Shown here one piece after another: positions 18,992-28,502 of a DNA stretch of 55,444 nt. Each line of letters begins with the position of its first letter. Positions within the stretch are counted from its first letter, which is position 1. Origin of the DNA: Planctomycetota bacterium (GTDB taxonomy: Bacteria; Planctomycetota; SZUA-567; H5-PLA8); NCBI GenBank assembly GCA_045863855.1, contig BTVV01000034.1, positions 1 to 55,444 on the forward strand. The letters are read 5' to 3'. The notes beneath the pieces are model-generated. The model ran no database searches, had not been told where the DNA came from, and saw only the letters and a program-made list of their open reading frames with translations. The translations under genes and the position numbers were made by a program.

Positions 18992-21900
18992 CTACGGAGG
19001 CGGCAGGACGCCCTTCCCGACGCCGTTGCCGGCCGACGGGCTGAAGCAGGTGTACTTCACGGGCACCAGCCCCGAACCGGCGGTGGCGTCGAACTGGAAC
19101 GCGACCGGAACGTTGAAGATCTGGCCGACGATGCGCTGATCGGTCAAGCCTTCGTCGGCGAAGTTGTCGTGGAAATCGCCCTTGCCGGTATTGAGCCTCA
19201 GTTCGATCTGATTGGTCCGCTTCAGGTACTTCGCCTTACACTGAGTGCCCGAGCGTCCGCGGGCGTCCAACGTGAAGTTGAAGGCGGCTCCGCCGATATC
19301 GAACGTCACGGCTATCCCGGCGAACGGATAGGGCGTCCGCGGGGGCGGGACGGCTCCGGGGTTGTCGAAGCGCACGACGAAGATGATCTGGTCCTTATTG
19401 GGGTAACGGAAGACGTTGCTGATGCGCAGGCTGCGCACATCCAGATTGCCAGCCGGCGTCGTGACCTGGAATTCGAAGGCGCCGATATCGGCCTGCCCGT
19501 CGCCGACGCGCGAGAAGCCCGTCCCGCGCTGATCGGTCCCCAATCCACCGGTGTTCGCCCCGGTGTTGTAGGCCGGGCTGGTGGCATCGATCGCGTGCGT
19601 GAAGGTCGGTCCGCCGTTGTCGGCCAGCGCGCCCAGGTACGCGTCCTGACCCACGATGTTCCCATTCGCGCCGTCGGTCGCGTTGTGCCCGTAACCGTTC
19701 TCGATCAGCGAATACGCGATGCTGGCGAAATACGCGAAGGCGTCGTAGCCGATGATACCGGCGAAGTTGTCGCCCACGAGGATGCTGCTGGCGTCGAGCC
19801 CGCCGCCGGTATGAAAGATGCCGCCGCCGTAGGCGAGCGCGTTGTTGTTCGCGAAGGTGCTGTTGAGCAGGTCCAGCGTGCCGTAGGCCCACAACCCGCC
19901 GCCGTCACTGCCTCCGTAGGAGCCGCTCGTGGCGCCGCCCCCCGGGAAGCCGCCCGCATACGCCAAGTTCCCGGAGATCGTGCTATTGCGAATGACCGGG
20001 TTAACGCCGCCCCCCAGGTAAATACCCGCGCCCCTTACGCTGCCGCCGTCGCCGCCGAAGGGGGAGGAGGAGGACGAATCGCCGCTCCCAGCGTTGCCGC
20101 CGTTAGCTCCGGTGAGCGCCAAATTGTTCGAGATCGTGCTGCGTTCGATCGTCACCGCGCCGCTGGTATTGATCCAGATTCCGCCGCCTTCGTTGGCGCC
20201 GGCGTCGCCGCCGTTGCCGCCAAAGCCGCTGTTGGAAGTGCTCGTGGTGGTCCCACCCGCGCCGCCCGTCCCGCCGTCCCCATTCGAGCCCAAGGAATTA
20301 CCCGAAACGGTCGTATCGCTAAGCGTCAGCGCGCCGTCGCCGCCAAAGTACAGCCCGCCGCCCTGGTTGTTGCCGCCGTTCCCGCCGTTCCCGCCGCTGA
20401 TATTGGAGCCGGAGCTGCTGCTTGTTCCCGTGCCCCCCGCGCCGCCTTGCCCGCCGTAACTGGCGTTGGCCGAGTTGAAGCTGATCGTGCAGTTATCAAT
20501 GCTGAGCACGCCGTTGCCGACCTGGAAGATCCCGCCGCCCTGCGCGGAACCGCCTCTGCCTCCGTTGCCGCCCGATCCACCAAAGCCCGTACTTGCTCCC
20601 CCGGTACCCGAACCGCCTCTGCCGCCCGGTCCGCCGCGTTCGCCAAAGGCTCCATTGGATTGGATGGTGGTGGTATTGATCGTGAGCGTATTGGAGCTGC
20701 TGGCCCAAAGCCCGCCGCCACGACCGAAACCGGCATCGTTGCCGCCGCCGCCGTCGCCCGCGTTGTTAGAACCGGTTCCGCCCGCTCCACCCGTGCCGCC
20801 GCGACCGCCCCGGGCGCTGTTGCTGGTTAGTTCGGAACCCGTGATCGTGACCGTGCCCGATCCAGCCCAGATCCCGCCGCCGTCCGCGTTGTTGCCTTCG
20901 CCGCCCGATCCTCCATCACCGCCGTCGGCACTGGTTCCGTTGGTCGCATCGCCTCCGATACCGCCCGTGCCGCCCCCACCGCCGGTCAGCGAATTTCCGT
21001 ACACGAGCAGGTCGGTCAGCGTGACCACCCGGTTACCCAACCCTTCACCCAGGTACAAACCGGCCGCCTTGGCCTCGCCGCCCCTGCCGCCGGAGCCGCC
21101 ATCGCCCCCGTCATCGTTTCCATTGTTATTCGAATTCCCGCCGTTCCCGCCCGCTCCGGCAAAACCGGCCGCGCCTTGTCCGAACTGGATAGCGGTGCTG
21201 AAAATCGAAACCGTGCCGGACCCGTTGTTGATCCAGAGCCCGCCGCCCTGCACGTCCCCGCCCGCGCCGCCGCCTCCGCCGTTTCCGCCGGTGCCGCTCA
21301 CTCCCGAAGCCTCACCGCCCCGCCCGCCGAGCCCGCCCGAACCGCCGTACACGCGGTTGGAAGTGAAATCGCTACCGTCAATGAGCACCGTGCCCGCGCC
21401 GTTGTCCACGAACAAGCCGCCACCTAAAGCGCTCCCGCCGTTCCCGCCCGCGCCGCCCGGCTGGCCGCTGCCGGTGGATTCGTCCCCGCCCGTCCGCCCA
21501 TCGCCGCCGCCGCCGCCGAACACGAAGTTCCCGTTCACGTTGGATTCGGTGATCGTCACCGTCCCGCTCGACGCGAAAATCCCGCCGCCGGCCGCGTTGC
21601 CGCCTTCCCCACCGAACCCGCCCACCGTGGAGGGCGCCGCCATCCCGTTCCCGCCGTCCCCGGCGATCGCGTTGCAGTACGCCAGCACGCTCCCGTTGAT
21701 GAACTGGAGGCTCGAACCGGCCGTGTAAATCCCGCCGCCCTGCGCGTCGGCGCCGTCTTCGCCGCCGGCTCCCGAACTCGTGGCATCCGCGCCGTCCGCG
21801 CCGAATGCCTGGCATTGTGTGATTTCCACGTTGTCCAGGATGACGCTGCCGCCTTCGGCCAGCAGCCCGCCGCCCAGCGCGGACGTGGCATCCGTCCCGT

Positions 21901-22348
21901 TGTCCCGCGCGATACCACCGTACAGCGTCAGGTTGCGCAGGATCAGCGTCCCGTTCCCGATCTTGTGCATGATCCGGTCGTTGTAGCCAAACGCGCTGAT
22001 CACCGTCACGCCCTGGCCCGCGCCGACGATCGTCAGCGTCCCGTTCGCATGCGTGATGTCCAGGTCGCCGCCGAAGCCGAGGTTCTCCAGCGCCCCGCCG
22101 TAGCTGAGCAGGTACGTACCGGCCGGCACATTGATCGTGTCCGTCGCGCCCCCCGCGTTCGCCGCGATGATCGCTTCGCGCAGCGAGAGATTCGCCGGCG
22201 GCAGGCCGTCCGTGGTCGTATCCACGTTGTACGTGGCGGCCTGCGCCTGCCCAAAGGCGCCGAGCCCAAAGAAGGCCACCACCAGCGGGGCTTTTTCCAT
22301 CAGGCGTTGCAAGCGGGAAGAAGGGGTGCGACGCGTGAACAGCGGCAT
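18992..22348 (-). CDS. Large Gly-rich secreted beta-helix protein (CSLREA-like N-terminus, choice-of-anchor-Q-like region)
   Basis: Signal peptide ending AQA, 'LSLREAIIAAN', repeated N...GGxGG...GGGI units, 'LADNGGPT...DQRG...DIGAFE'. ATG 22348 (GGAG upstream) preferred. Confidence 0.85.
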   Translation of the reverse strand: MPLFTRRTPSSRLQRLMEKAPLVVAFFGLGAFGQAQAATYNVDTTTDGLPPANLSLREAIIAANAGGATDTINVPAGTYLLSYGGALENLGFGGDLDITHANGTLTIVGAGQGVTVISAFGYNDRIMHKIGNGTLILRNLTLYGGIARDNGTDATSALGGGLLAEGGSVILDNVEITQCQAFGADGADATSSGAGGEDGADAQGGGIYTAGSSLQFINGSVLAYCNAIAGDGGNGMAAPSTVGGFGGEGGNAAGGGIFASSGTVTITESNVNGNFVFGGGGGDGRTGGDESTGSGQPGGAGGNGGSALGGGLFVDNGAGTVLIDGSDFTSNRVYGGSGGLGGRGGEASGVSGTGGNGGGGGAGGDVQGGGLWINNGSGTVSIFSTAIQFGQGAAGFAGAGGNGGNSNNNGNDDGGDGGSGGRGGEAKAAGLYLGEGLGNRVVTLTDLLVYGNSLTGGGGGTGGIGGDATNGTSADGGDGGSGGEGNNADGGGIWAGSGTVTITGSELTSNSARGGRGGTGGAGGTGSNNAGDGGGGNDAGFGRGGGLWASSSNTLTINTTTIQSNGAFGERGGPGGRGGSGTGGASTGFGGSGGNGGRGGSAQGGGIFQVGNGVLSIDNCTISFNSANASYGGQGGAGGTGTSSSSGSNISGGNGGNGGNNQGGGLYFGGDGALTLSDTTVSGNSLGSNGDGGTGGAGGTTTSTSNSGFGGNGGDAGANEGGGIWINTSGAVTIERSTISNNLALTGANGGNAGSGDSSSSSPFGGDGGSVRGAGIYLGGGVNPVIRNSTISGNLAYAGGFPGGGATSGSYGGSDGGGLWAYGTLDLLNSTFANNNALAYGGGIFHTGGGLDASSILVGDNFAGIIGYDAFAYFASIAYSLIENGYGHNATDGANGNIVGQDAYLGALADNGGPTFTHAIDATSPAYNTGANTGGLGTDQRGTGFSRVGDGQADIGAFEFQVTTPAGNLDVRSLRISNVFRYPNKDQIIFVVRFDNPGAVPPPRTPYPFAGIAVTFDIGGAAFNFTLDARGRSGTQCKAKYLKRTNQIELRLNTGKGDFHDNFADEGLTDQRIVGQIFNVPVAFQFDATAGSGLVPVKYTCFSPSAGNGVGKGVLPPP

Positions 22349-22673
22349 ACGGAAATCTCCAAGAGCCCCTGGTATCAGGAGGGTGAACCCATGAGAAAAT
22401 GAACGCATGATCCTAATCGGGAAGCGAATTCGCGCTAGGCGGAAGATGTTGAAAACAAACTGCACCTTTACATCTGGAATATCCGAGTTCATGCAAAGGC
22501 TTGAGCCGCTTGATCTGCCCCGGTGCACTGTCGTTTTAGAAAATCCGTAAAGATTGAGCGCGGGAATGCCTCGCCGACACGATGCTCGTAGCAGGCGCCA
22601 ATAGAAATGCGCCCTTCAGGATCTGGAAGTCGGCCTGCCTGGCGCATGAAACGCATTCGCGCCATGCCCGGAG

Positions 22674-22796
22674 ACAGACTTCGAGTCCGTAAGGGCGCTG
22701 AGATGTTGCACTGGACTTCGGATGATGCGGCGGAAGTGTGAAGACCGGTGAGGTCATCAGACTGCGGCGACGGCATAAATCGGAGGTCGAATACGC
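22674..22796 (+). ncRNA. Putative structured RNA, tandem copy 1
   Basis: 123 nt; differs from copy 2 by 7 substitutions and 1 indel. GTCC-GTAA-GGGC hairpin; GATGA/TCATC pairing. Confidence 0.55.
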
Positions 22797-22877
22797 ACGC
22801 TCAAATTTTAGTGCGCCCCGCTACGGCCGGACGTCGGTTTCCGCTCCAGCTTGGCGCGCGAACGCACCGGCCGGGAA

Positions 22878-22999
22878 ACAGACTTCGAGCCCGTAAGGGC
22901 GCTGAGGTGTTGCACTGGACTTCGGATTATGCGGCGGAGTGTGAAGACCGGTGAGGTAATCAGACTACGGCGACGGCATAGATCGGATGTCGAATACGC
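22878..22999 (+). ncRNA. Putative structured RNA, tandem copy 2
   Basis: 122 nt. GCCC-GTAA-GGGC hairpin; GATTA/TAATC pairing, compensatory relative to copy 1. Confidence 0.55.
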
Positions 23000-23054
23000 C
23001 AACCACGAGGGCAATGTACGCGACGGCTCGCTTTATTGCAACCGCGGATTGCAG

Positions 23055-24155
23055 TTAATTTGCGGGCGCACGTTTCCCGCGCCGCCAGACCGCCACGAGC
23101 CCCAATGCCAGCGCGAAGCCGAGCACGAACGGCCAGATGCGAGATTCCGGGGCGTCGTAATATTCGATGATAGGCGGGCGCTTAAACGCGCGCTGATCTT
23201 TCGAGGGCGCGAAGTACAAATCGGCGGGCGCGGGTGCGTAAGGCCAGCGGTCCGCAAATTCAGTCAGCCAAGCCTCTTGCGGTCCCGTCTGCACGGGCAG
23301 CTTGAGTTGCTCCAATAGCTCCTGGCGCTGCGCGGACGCCAGCGGACCCGACCAGACGGCTTCCCCGGTCCAAGGCTGTTCCCGCGTCAGTTCGCCGTCG
23401 TAGCGCGCTTCGGCGACAAAGAAAATGCGCAGCAGCCGCCCGTATTCGCCCAAGGCTTTTGCCGCCGCTTGAGAATCGGGCTCGCGGTACGGAAAGAGCG
23501 GCCGATCGGTCCGGAAACTCATCCGCAGGGCGGGCGCTTCCACCTTCATTTCGCCGGGCTCCCCCTTCTCCTTTACCACTTTCAGAGCAGTGATTTTCCA
23601 GCGCTGTTCGACGTACGGCTTCGCCCACGCTTCAACCTGGGGCGAGAAGGCAAACCCGTTCGATTCCAGCCACTCCATCAGGACGCGCGCGGTGTCGGCT
23701 TCCAGCACGCTAGCTTTGAAGCCGGCCACAAGTTTCTCTTCCAGCACGCGGACTTCCGGACCTTCGGCGGTCTTGGCAGCCCCTGGCCTCTGGTCGCGCT
23801 TCGATGGCCCGCAGCCCATGCCTTCGTTCGGCCGCGGTTTGCGTTGAATCTCCGGCGCCGTCCACTTCGCGAGCAGCGGAAAGGCACCGGCGCCCGACTC
23901 GTTCAAGTCGGGCTGCGACGGCGAGGGGATCAAGAAACCGAAGTCCGGGGTATCGGTCTTGAACGACGCTTTGCGAATGAAGTGCTCGGTCTTGTTCGCG
24001 GCGTCCCAGAGGATCACGAGGGTCTGATCGGCGTTGAGAACCTGCTGTCCCAAAGGAGGGGCGGGGCAACAGGCGGAGGTGGGCCGTTCGTGCCCCAGCG
24101 GCAGCGCAAAGGCGGCCGCCACGGCCAAGAACCATCCGAAGGCGCGTACGCTCAT
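23055..24155 (-). CDS. DUF2330-like exported protein with C-terminal TM anchor
   Basis: ATG 24155, signal peptide, 'ACCPAP...NADQT..ILWD...EHFIR.ASF...DFGFLIP.P', C-terminal TM plus basic tail. The track's upstream extension overlaps the next gene. Confidence 0.75.
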   Translation of the reverse strand: MSVRAFGWFLAVAAAFALPLGHERPTSACCPAPPLGQQVLNADQTLVILWDAANKTEHFIRKASFKTDTPDFGFLIPSPSQPDLNESGAGAFPLLAKWTAPEIQRKPRPNEGMGCGPSKRDQRPGAAKTAEGPEVRVLEEKLVAGFKASVLEADTARVLMEWLESNGFAFSPQVEAWAKPYVEQRWKITALKVVKEKGEPGEMKVEAPALRMSFRTDRPLFPYREPDSQAAAKALGEYGRLLRIFFVAEARYDGELTREQPWTGEAVWSGPLASAQRQELLEQLKLPVQTGPQEAWLTEFADRWPYAPAPADLYFAPSKDQRAFKRPPIIEYYDAPESRIWPFVLGFALALGLVAVWRRGKRAPAN

Positions 24156-24217
24156 GGGCGGACTCCTGTGCAATCCGTGCTTCCTACGCCTGAGAAGCGA
24201 AAAGGTTCGCCTTCGGT

Positions 24218-25270
24218 CTACCTCGCGATGCGGACTTCGCGGCCGGTTGCGGCGGATTTGTAAATCGCATCGAGGATGTACTGCATGCGCAGGCCGTCTT
24301 CGGCGTCGGCCAGCGGTCGCTTGCCGTGCAAAATCGCCTGGACGAGATCGGCTTGGGAACTCTGCCCTTCGAATCCTTTGGGGACGGGAATCTGTCCGCT
24401 GAGTTTCTGGCCGGCGCGGGTGGTGTGGAACTCGGCGACGAACTGGTATCCCCCGCCTTCGTTGCGGTGCACGAGCGAGCCGTCGGTGCCCAGCACGGTG
24501 GTGTTCATGCTTTCGGGGTCGTTCTGGTGGGCGCCCCAACTGATTTCGAAGAGCAGCGAAGCTCCGTTTTTGAAGCGGATGAAGCCGCCGGCGAGGTCCT
24601 CGCAATCGTACTGCGCTTTCAGGCGCTTGGCTTTTTCGCGCGCGAGGAGGTCGTGCGCCGCGGCGCTGACCGAGACCGGTTCGGGGTTGCCCATCAGCCA
24701 GAGCGCCAGGTCGATGCGGTGCACGCCGAGGTCAATGAGCGGCCCGCCTCCGCTGAGCTTCTTCTGTCCGAACCAGCTTCCGAACTTGGGGAACCCGTCG
24801 CGGCGCGTCCACTTGGTGACACCGTGGTAGGGCGTGCCGAGGAAACCGTCGTCGGCGAGCGCCTTGAGGCTCTGCGCGGCGGCGGTGAAGCGGTACGAGA
24901 GGTTGATGCCGAGGACGCGCTTGCGCTTGCGAGCTTCGTCGCGCATTTTGCGCGCCTGAGCGACGTTGAGCGCCATGGGCTTTTCGCTTTGGACGTGCGC
25001 GCCGGCCTTGAGGCAGTCGATCGTCACCGGCGCGTGGAGGAAGTTAGGCAGGGCGACGCTGACCAGATCGGGCCGCGCTTCTTTCAGCATGCGTTTGTAA
25101 TCGGTGTAGCACTTGGAGGCACCGATCGCCGGCGCCCATTCTTCGAGCCGTTTGGGGTCTAGGTCGGCGACGGCGACGAGTTCGGATTCGGACAGCGCGG
25201 CGTAGGTCTTGGCGTGATTCCGGCCCATACCCAATCCAACGACGGCGCAGCGCAACTTGGAACTCATCAT
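24218..25270 (-). CDS. Gfo/Idh/MocA family oxidoreductase
   Basis: VVGLG, EKPMA, GGGPLIDLGVHRID. Confidence 0.93.
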   Translation of the reverse strand: MMSSKLRCAVVGLGMGRNHAKTYAALSESELVAVADLDPKRLEEWAPAIGASKCYTDYKRMLKEARPDLVSVALPNFLHAPVTIDCLKAGAHVQSEKPMALNVAQARKMRDEARKRKRVLGINLSYRFTAAAQSLKALADDGFLGTPYHGVTKWTRRDGFPKFGSWFGQKKLSGGGPLIDLGVHRIDLALWLMGNPEPVSVSAAAHDLLAREKAKRLKAQYDCEDLAGGFIRFKNGASLLFEISWGAHQNDPESMNTTVLGTDGSLVHRNEGGGYQFVAEFHTTRAGQKLSGQIPVPKGFEGQSSQADLVQAILHGKRPLADAEDGLRMQYILDAIYKSAATGREVRIAR

Positions 25271-25442
25271 AAGGAGGCTCCCGGTGAAAGTCCTGCGATG
25301 AGGGTACGCGCTCCAGATATAGCGAAACGCGCGGAATTGAGAACCGCAGAATGCCGCGTACGCGGTACGTACGATCGCGCGCGATTTGCCGTCCGTCCGG
25401 ACGGCGCTCGCGCTACCATACGCCGGGCTGGGAAGGAACGTT

Positions 25443-26885
25443 ATGCGCGGTGGATGGGTTTCCTTGTTGGGTGTTACGCTGCTGTGTGCGGCGGGCGCGG
25501 CTTGGGCGGCAGGCGACGGTCCGACGACGGCACAGCAGGCGGAAACCTGGGGCGAGCAGCTTGGCGGGCTGGTGGCTCAGGCGGCCGGCGTATCCTTTAA
25601 GGAGGGAAAAGTCCCGACGGTGCGGCTGGCGACGGCAAAGGAGGCCGGGGCGCGGCTGGAGGCAGAGTTCGCGGCGTATCTTCCCGCCGCGTTGCAGGAG
25701 GAACTTCCGGAGCCGGAGGCGCTGGGCGGGCAGTTCCTGGCGCGCTATCTGTTTTCGCATCGCGGGATCGTGCTGGTTCCGGAGAACCTCGCGGCGCTGC
25801 CCGGCGCGAGCGGCCTGGATCCGCTGCAACGGGCAGGCATTTTGAAGCTGGTGCTGACGCAGGCGCTGACCCTGGCGCTCTTGGATCAACAGGCGCCGCT
25901 GGCTGCGGCGTATTACGCGCCCGGCGGAAGCGATGCGGCGCTGGCGCACCGGGCGATCTGGGAAGGCGTACAGCGCTTGGTTCAGGACGCGGTGGCCAAG
26001 GAATTGGGGCTCGACGAGCGCGTACGGGCGCTGGCGCGCTGGAACGGTTTCGCGATTCAAACTCCGGTGGCCGGGATGGGCGAGGACTTCTGGCGCGCGC
26101 AGCGAATCCGCATGGCGAGCGCCGACCGCTTGGGCGAAGCGGGCGCGCGCTTCGTGGCGGCGGTGCGCGAAGCGAAGGGCGCCGAGGGCTTGCTCGAGGC
26201 GCTGCGCAAGCCGCCGCGCTACACCAGTCAGATCCTGGTGCCGCGCGATTATATTTCCGGCTCGGCGGCGGTCCCAAAAGACGAACTGCTGCAGGCGACG
26301 CTGGCGGATGCGGTCGCCGATTACTTCCAGCCGCCGGAATGGGTCAACGAAAGCCACTCGGTGGGCGCGTTGTCGCTCGAACGCGCCGACGCGTGGGCGC
26401 GCTGGCAGGACGGCGGCGGGCCGCGGGCGGAGCTGACGCGCAGCTTCGATTACGATTATCTCTGCGGGCAGAGCCTGATCGGCAATAGGAATTCGAAGGA
26501 TGTGCCGGCTCAACGCGCGGCCTCGTTGCATGTCTTCCGTTCGCCCGAAGCGGCGGCGCGGTTTCTGCGCTTCCGGCAGACCGCGGTGCGGGAGGACTGG
26601 AACCGCTTGGCCGAGCAACGGTTCACGGTCGAGCGCCAAAGCGTGGTGGGCGGGAAGGATCTGATTTTCCCGAAGCCGCAGGCCGGCTGGCCGGATCAAG
26701 GCTTGGCGATGCTGCTCTCGTTTAATTCCGGCCCGCGCAGCAAGACGGCGCAGAGCAATCAGTACTTCTTCCTTAAGGGTATGTGGGTGCTGGATCTGGA
26801 CCTCGACGTCGAACCCGACGCGGAAGCGCTGGGCCGCGTGGTTCAAGCCTTCGTGAACGGGTATACGAAGCACGCAGGCGAATAG
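25443..26885 (+). CDS. Hypothetical secreted protein
   Basis: AAGGA RBS, ATG 25443, signal peptide ending AWA, long ORF. Confidence 0.7.
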   Translation: MRGGWVSLLGVTLLCAAGAAWAAGDGPTTAQQAETWGEQLGGLVAQAAGVSFKEGKVPTVRLATAKEAGARLEAEFAAYLPAALQEELPEPEALGGQFLARYLFSHRGIVLVPENLAALPGASGLDPLQRAGILKLVLTQALTLALLDQQAPLAAAYYAPGGSDAALAHRAIWEGVQRLVQDAVAKELGLDERVRALARWNGFAIQTPVAGMGEDFWRAQRIRMASADRLGEAGARFVAAVREAKGAEGLLEALRKPPRYTSQILVPRDYISGSAAVPKDELLQATLADAVADYFQPPEWVNESHSVGALSLERADAWARWQDGGGPRAELTRSFDYDYLCGQSLIGNRNSKDVPAQRAASLHVFRSPEAAARFLRFRQTAVREDWNRLAEQRFTVERQSVVGGKDLIFPKPQAGWPDQGLAMLLSFNSGPRSKTAQSNQYFFLKGMWVLDLDLDVEPDAEALGRVVQAFVNGYTKHAGE

Positions 26886-27281
26886 CCGGACTTGAAGCAC
26901 CATGAGAGGTCTACGTCGTATACCTATCTTATTAGCGACTCCAAGCCGCTCCGGCGCGTCAACTTAAGCAGACCTGGGCTGTATTGAACAATTCTACGAA
27001 GCGGATAACTCCAGATCTTGGGAGCATTTGAAAACAGGCGTAAGGCTATGGGATTCTGGAACTCAAATCGGCATCGCGCGAAAAAGTGGGCACTGGGTTC
27101 AACCGGTCGGCGTATATAGGGTATCGACAACACGGCAGCAGGGCGTCCAAGTTTTTGCCCTGTCTGACCTTGAGCATTATGCACATCGCGTCACGATGGT
27201 GGAGAGATAGCTCTCGCACCGTGCAAGGTGCGTGAGATCGAGTTTTGTTGTGTCCAACAAGCACGAGGCGGAGGCTGGGCG

Positions 27282-28460
27282 ATGCCGATCAGCAAGTGTG
27301 GGGAATGCGGGCGGACGTACAACATCAAGCCTGAGCAGTACGGGCGGGTGAAGTGCAAGTGCGGGGCGATCCTGAACGGCCCCACCGATGTCGAATCCGC
27401 GAGCGAAGACAGCCCCTTAAAGGATCAGGTGGACAAAGAGCTGAGCGACATGGAGGCGGTCAAGGCGTTGAAGGACGCCTACGACCGTCTGCGCGAGCAG
27501 ATCGGCCAGGTGATCGTCGGTCAAGAGAAGGTGGTCGAGGAACTCCTGATCGCGATTTTCGCACGCGGGCACTGTCTGCTGGAGGGCGTGCCGGGTTTGG
27601 CGAAGACGCTCTTGATCAGCACGCTGGCTCGGGCGCTGCATCTGTCGTTCAAGCGCATTCAGTTCACGCCGGACTTGATGCCTACGGACATCACGGGCAC
27701 GGAAGTGATTCAGGAGAACCGGAGCACCGGGGAGCGCGAGTTCCGCTTCATCAAGGGCCCGATCTTCGCGAACATCATCCTGGCGGACGAAATCAACCGT
27801 ACGCCGCCCAAGACGCAGGCGGCGCTGCTGGAAGCGATGCAGGAAAAGTCGGTCACGGTGGGCGGGACGAACTACAAGCTCGACGCGCCCTTCTTCGTGC
27901 TCGCGACGCAGAACCCGCTGGACCAGGAAGGCACGTACACGCTTCCCGAAGCGCAGTTGGACCGCTTCATCTTCAAGATCTTCGTCAACTATCCGAGCGA
28001 CGACGAAGAGATGGAGATCATGAAGCGCGTGACGACACCGCGGAAGGTGGACATCGAAGGCGTGCTGGACGGCCCGCAGATCCTGAAGCTTCAGGAAATC
28101 GTGCTGCGCGTACCGGTGGCGGACCACGTGTACCACTACGCGAAGAAGATCGTGCGCAGCACGCGCCCGGCCATGGGCGAAGCTCCGGACTTCATCAAGG
28201 AGTGGATCAGCTGGGGCGCCGGACCGCGCGCGAGCCTGAACCTGATCATGGCCGGGAAAGCCCGCGCGATCCTGAACGGGCAGTTCCACGTCTCGTGCGA
28301 GGATATCGCGGCGGTGGCTCCGTCGGTGATGCGCCACCGCATCGCGTGCAATTTCACGGCGCAGGCCGAAGGGATCACGACCGAGAAGGTGGTCGAGAAG
28401 CTGATCGAGACGATCCCGGTCAACGAAAAGCTGGACGCGCAGAGCGCGGCGGCGGACTGA
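27282..28460 (+). CDS. moxR: MoxR family AAA+ ATPase with N-terminal zinc-ribbon
   Basis: [40 protein letters not shown]-terminal CGEC...CKC; GGAGG RBS. Confidence 0.95.
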   Translation: MPISKCGECGRTYNIKPEQYGRVKCKCGAILNGPTDVESASEDSPLKDQVDKELSDMEAVKALKDAYDRLREQIGQVIVGQEKVVEELLIAIFARGHCLLEGVPGLAKTLLISTLARALHLSFKRIQFTPDLMPTDITGTEVIQENRSTGEREFRFIKGPIFANIILADEINRTPPKTQAALLEAMQEKSVTVGGTNYKLDAPFFVLATQNPLDQEGTYTLPEAQLDRFIFKIFVNYPSDDEEMEIMKRVTTPRKVDIEGVLDGPQILKLQEIVLRVPVADHVYHYAKKIVRSTRPAMGEAPDFIKEWISWGAGPRASLNLIMAGKARAILNGQFHVSCEDIAAVAPSVMRHRIACNFTAQAEGITTEKVVEKLIETIPVNEKLDAQSAAAD

Positions 28461-28502
28461 AGCCCGGCCATCCCGGCACCCTGACCGAAGGATCCACGAC
28501 GC

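Noticed and set aside
18992..22348. PE_PGRS or collagen-like protein
   Set aside because: No PE domain and no continuous Gly-X-Y triplets; the Gly runs sit within beta-helix repeats.
22674..22999. Hammerhead ribozyme or coding repeat
   Set aside because: Minus-strand CTGATGA occurs only in copy 1 (CTGATTA in copy 2) and no properly placed GAAA follows. A 1-nt indel breaks any shared reading frame.
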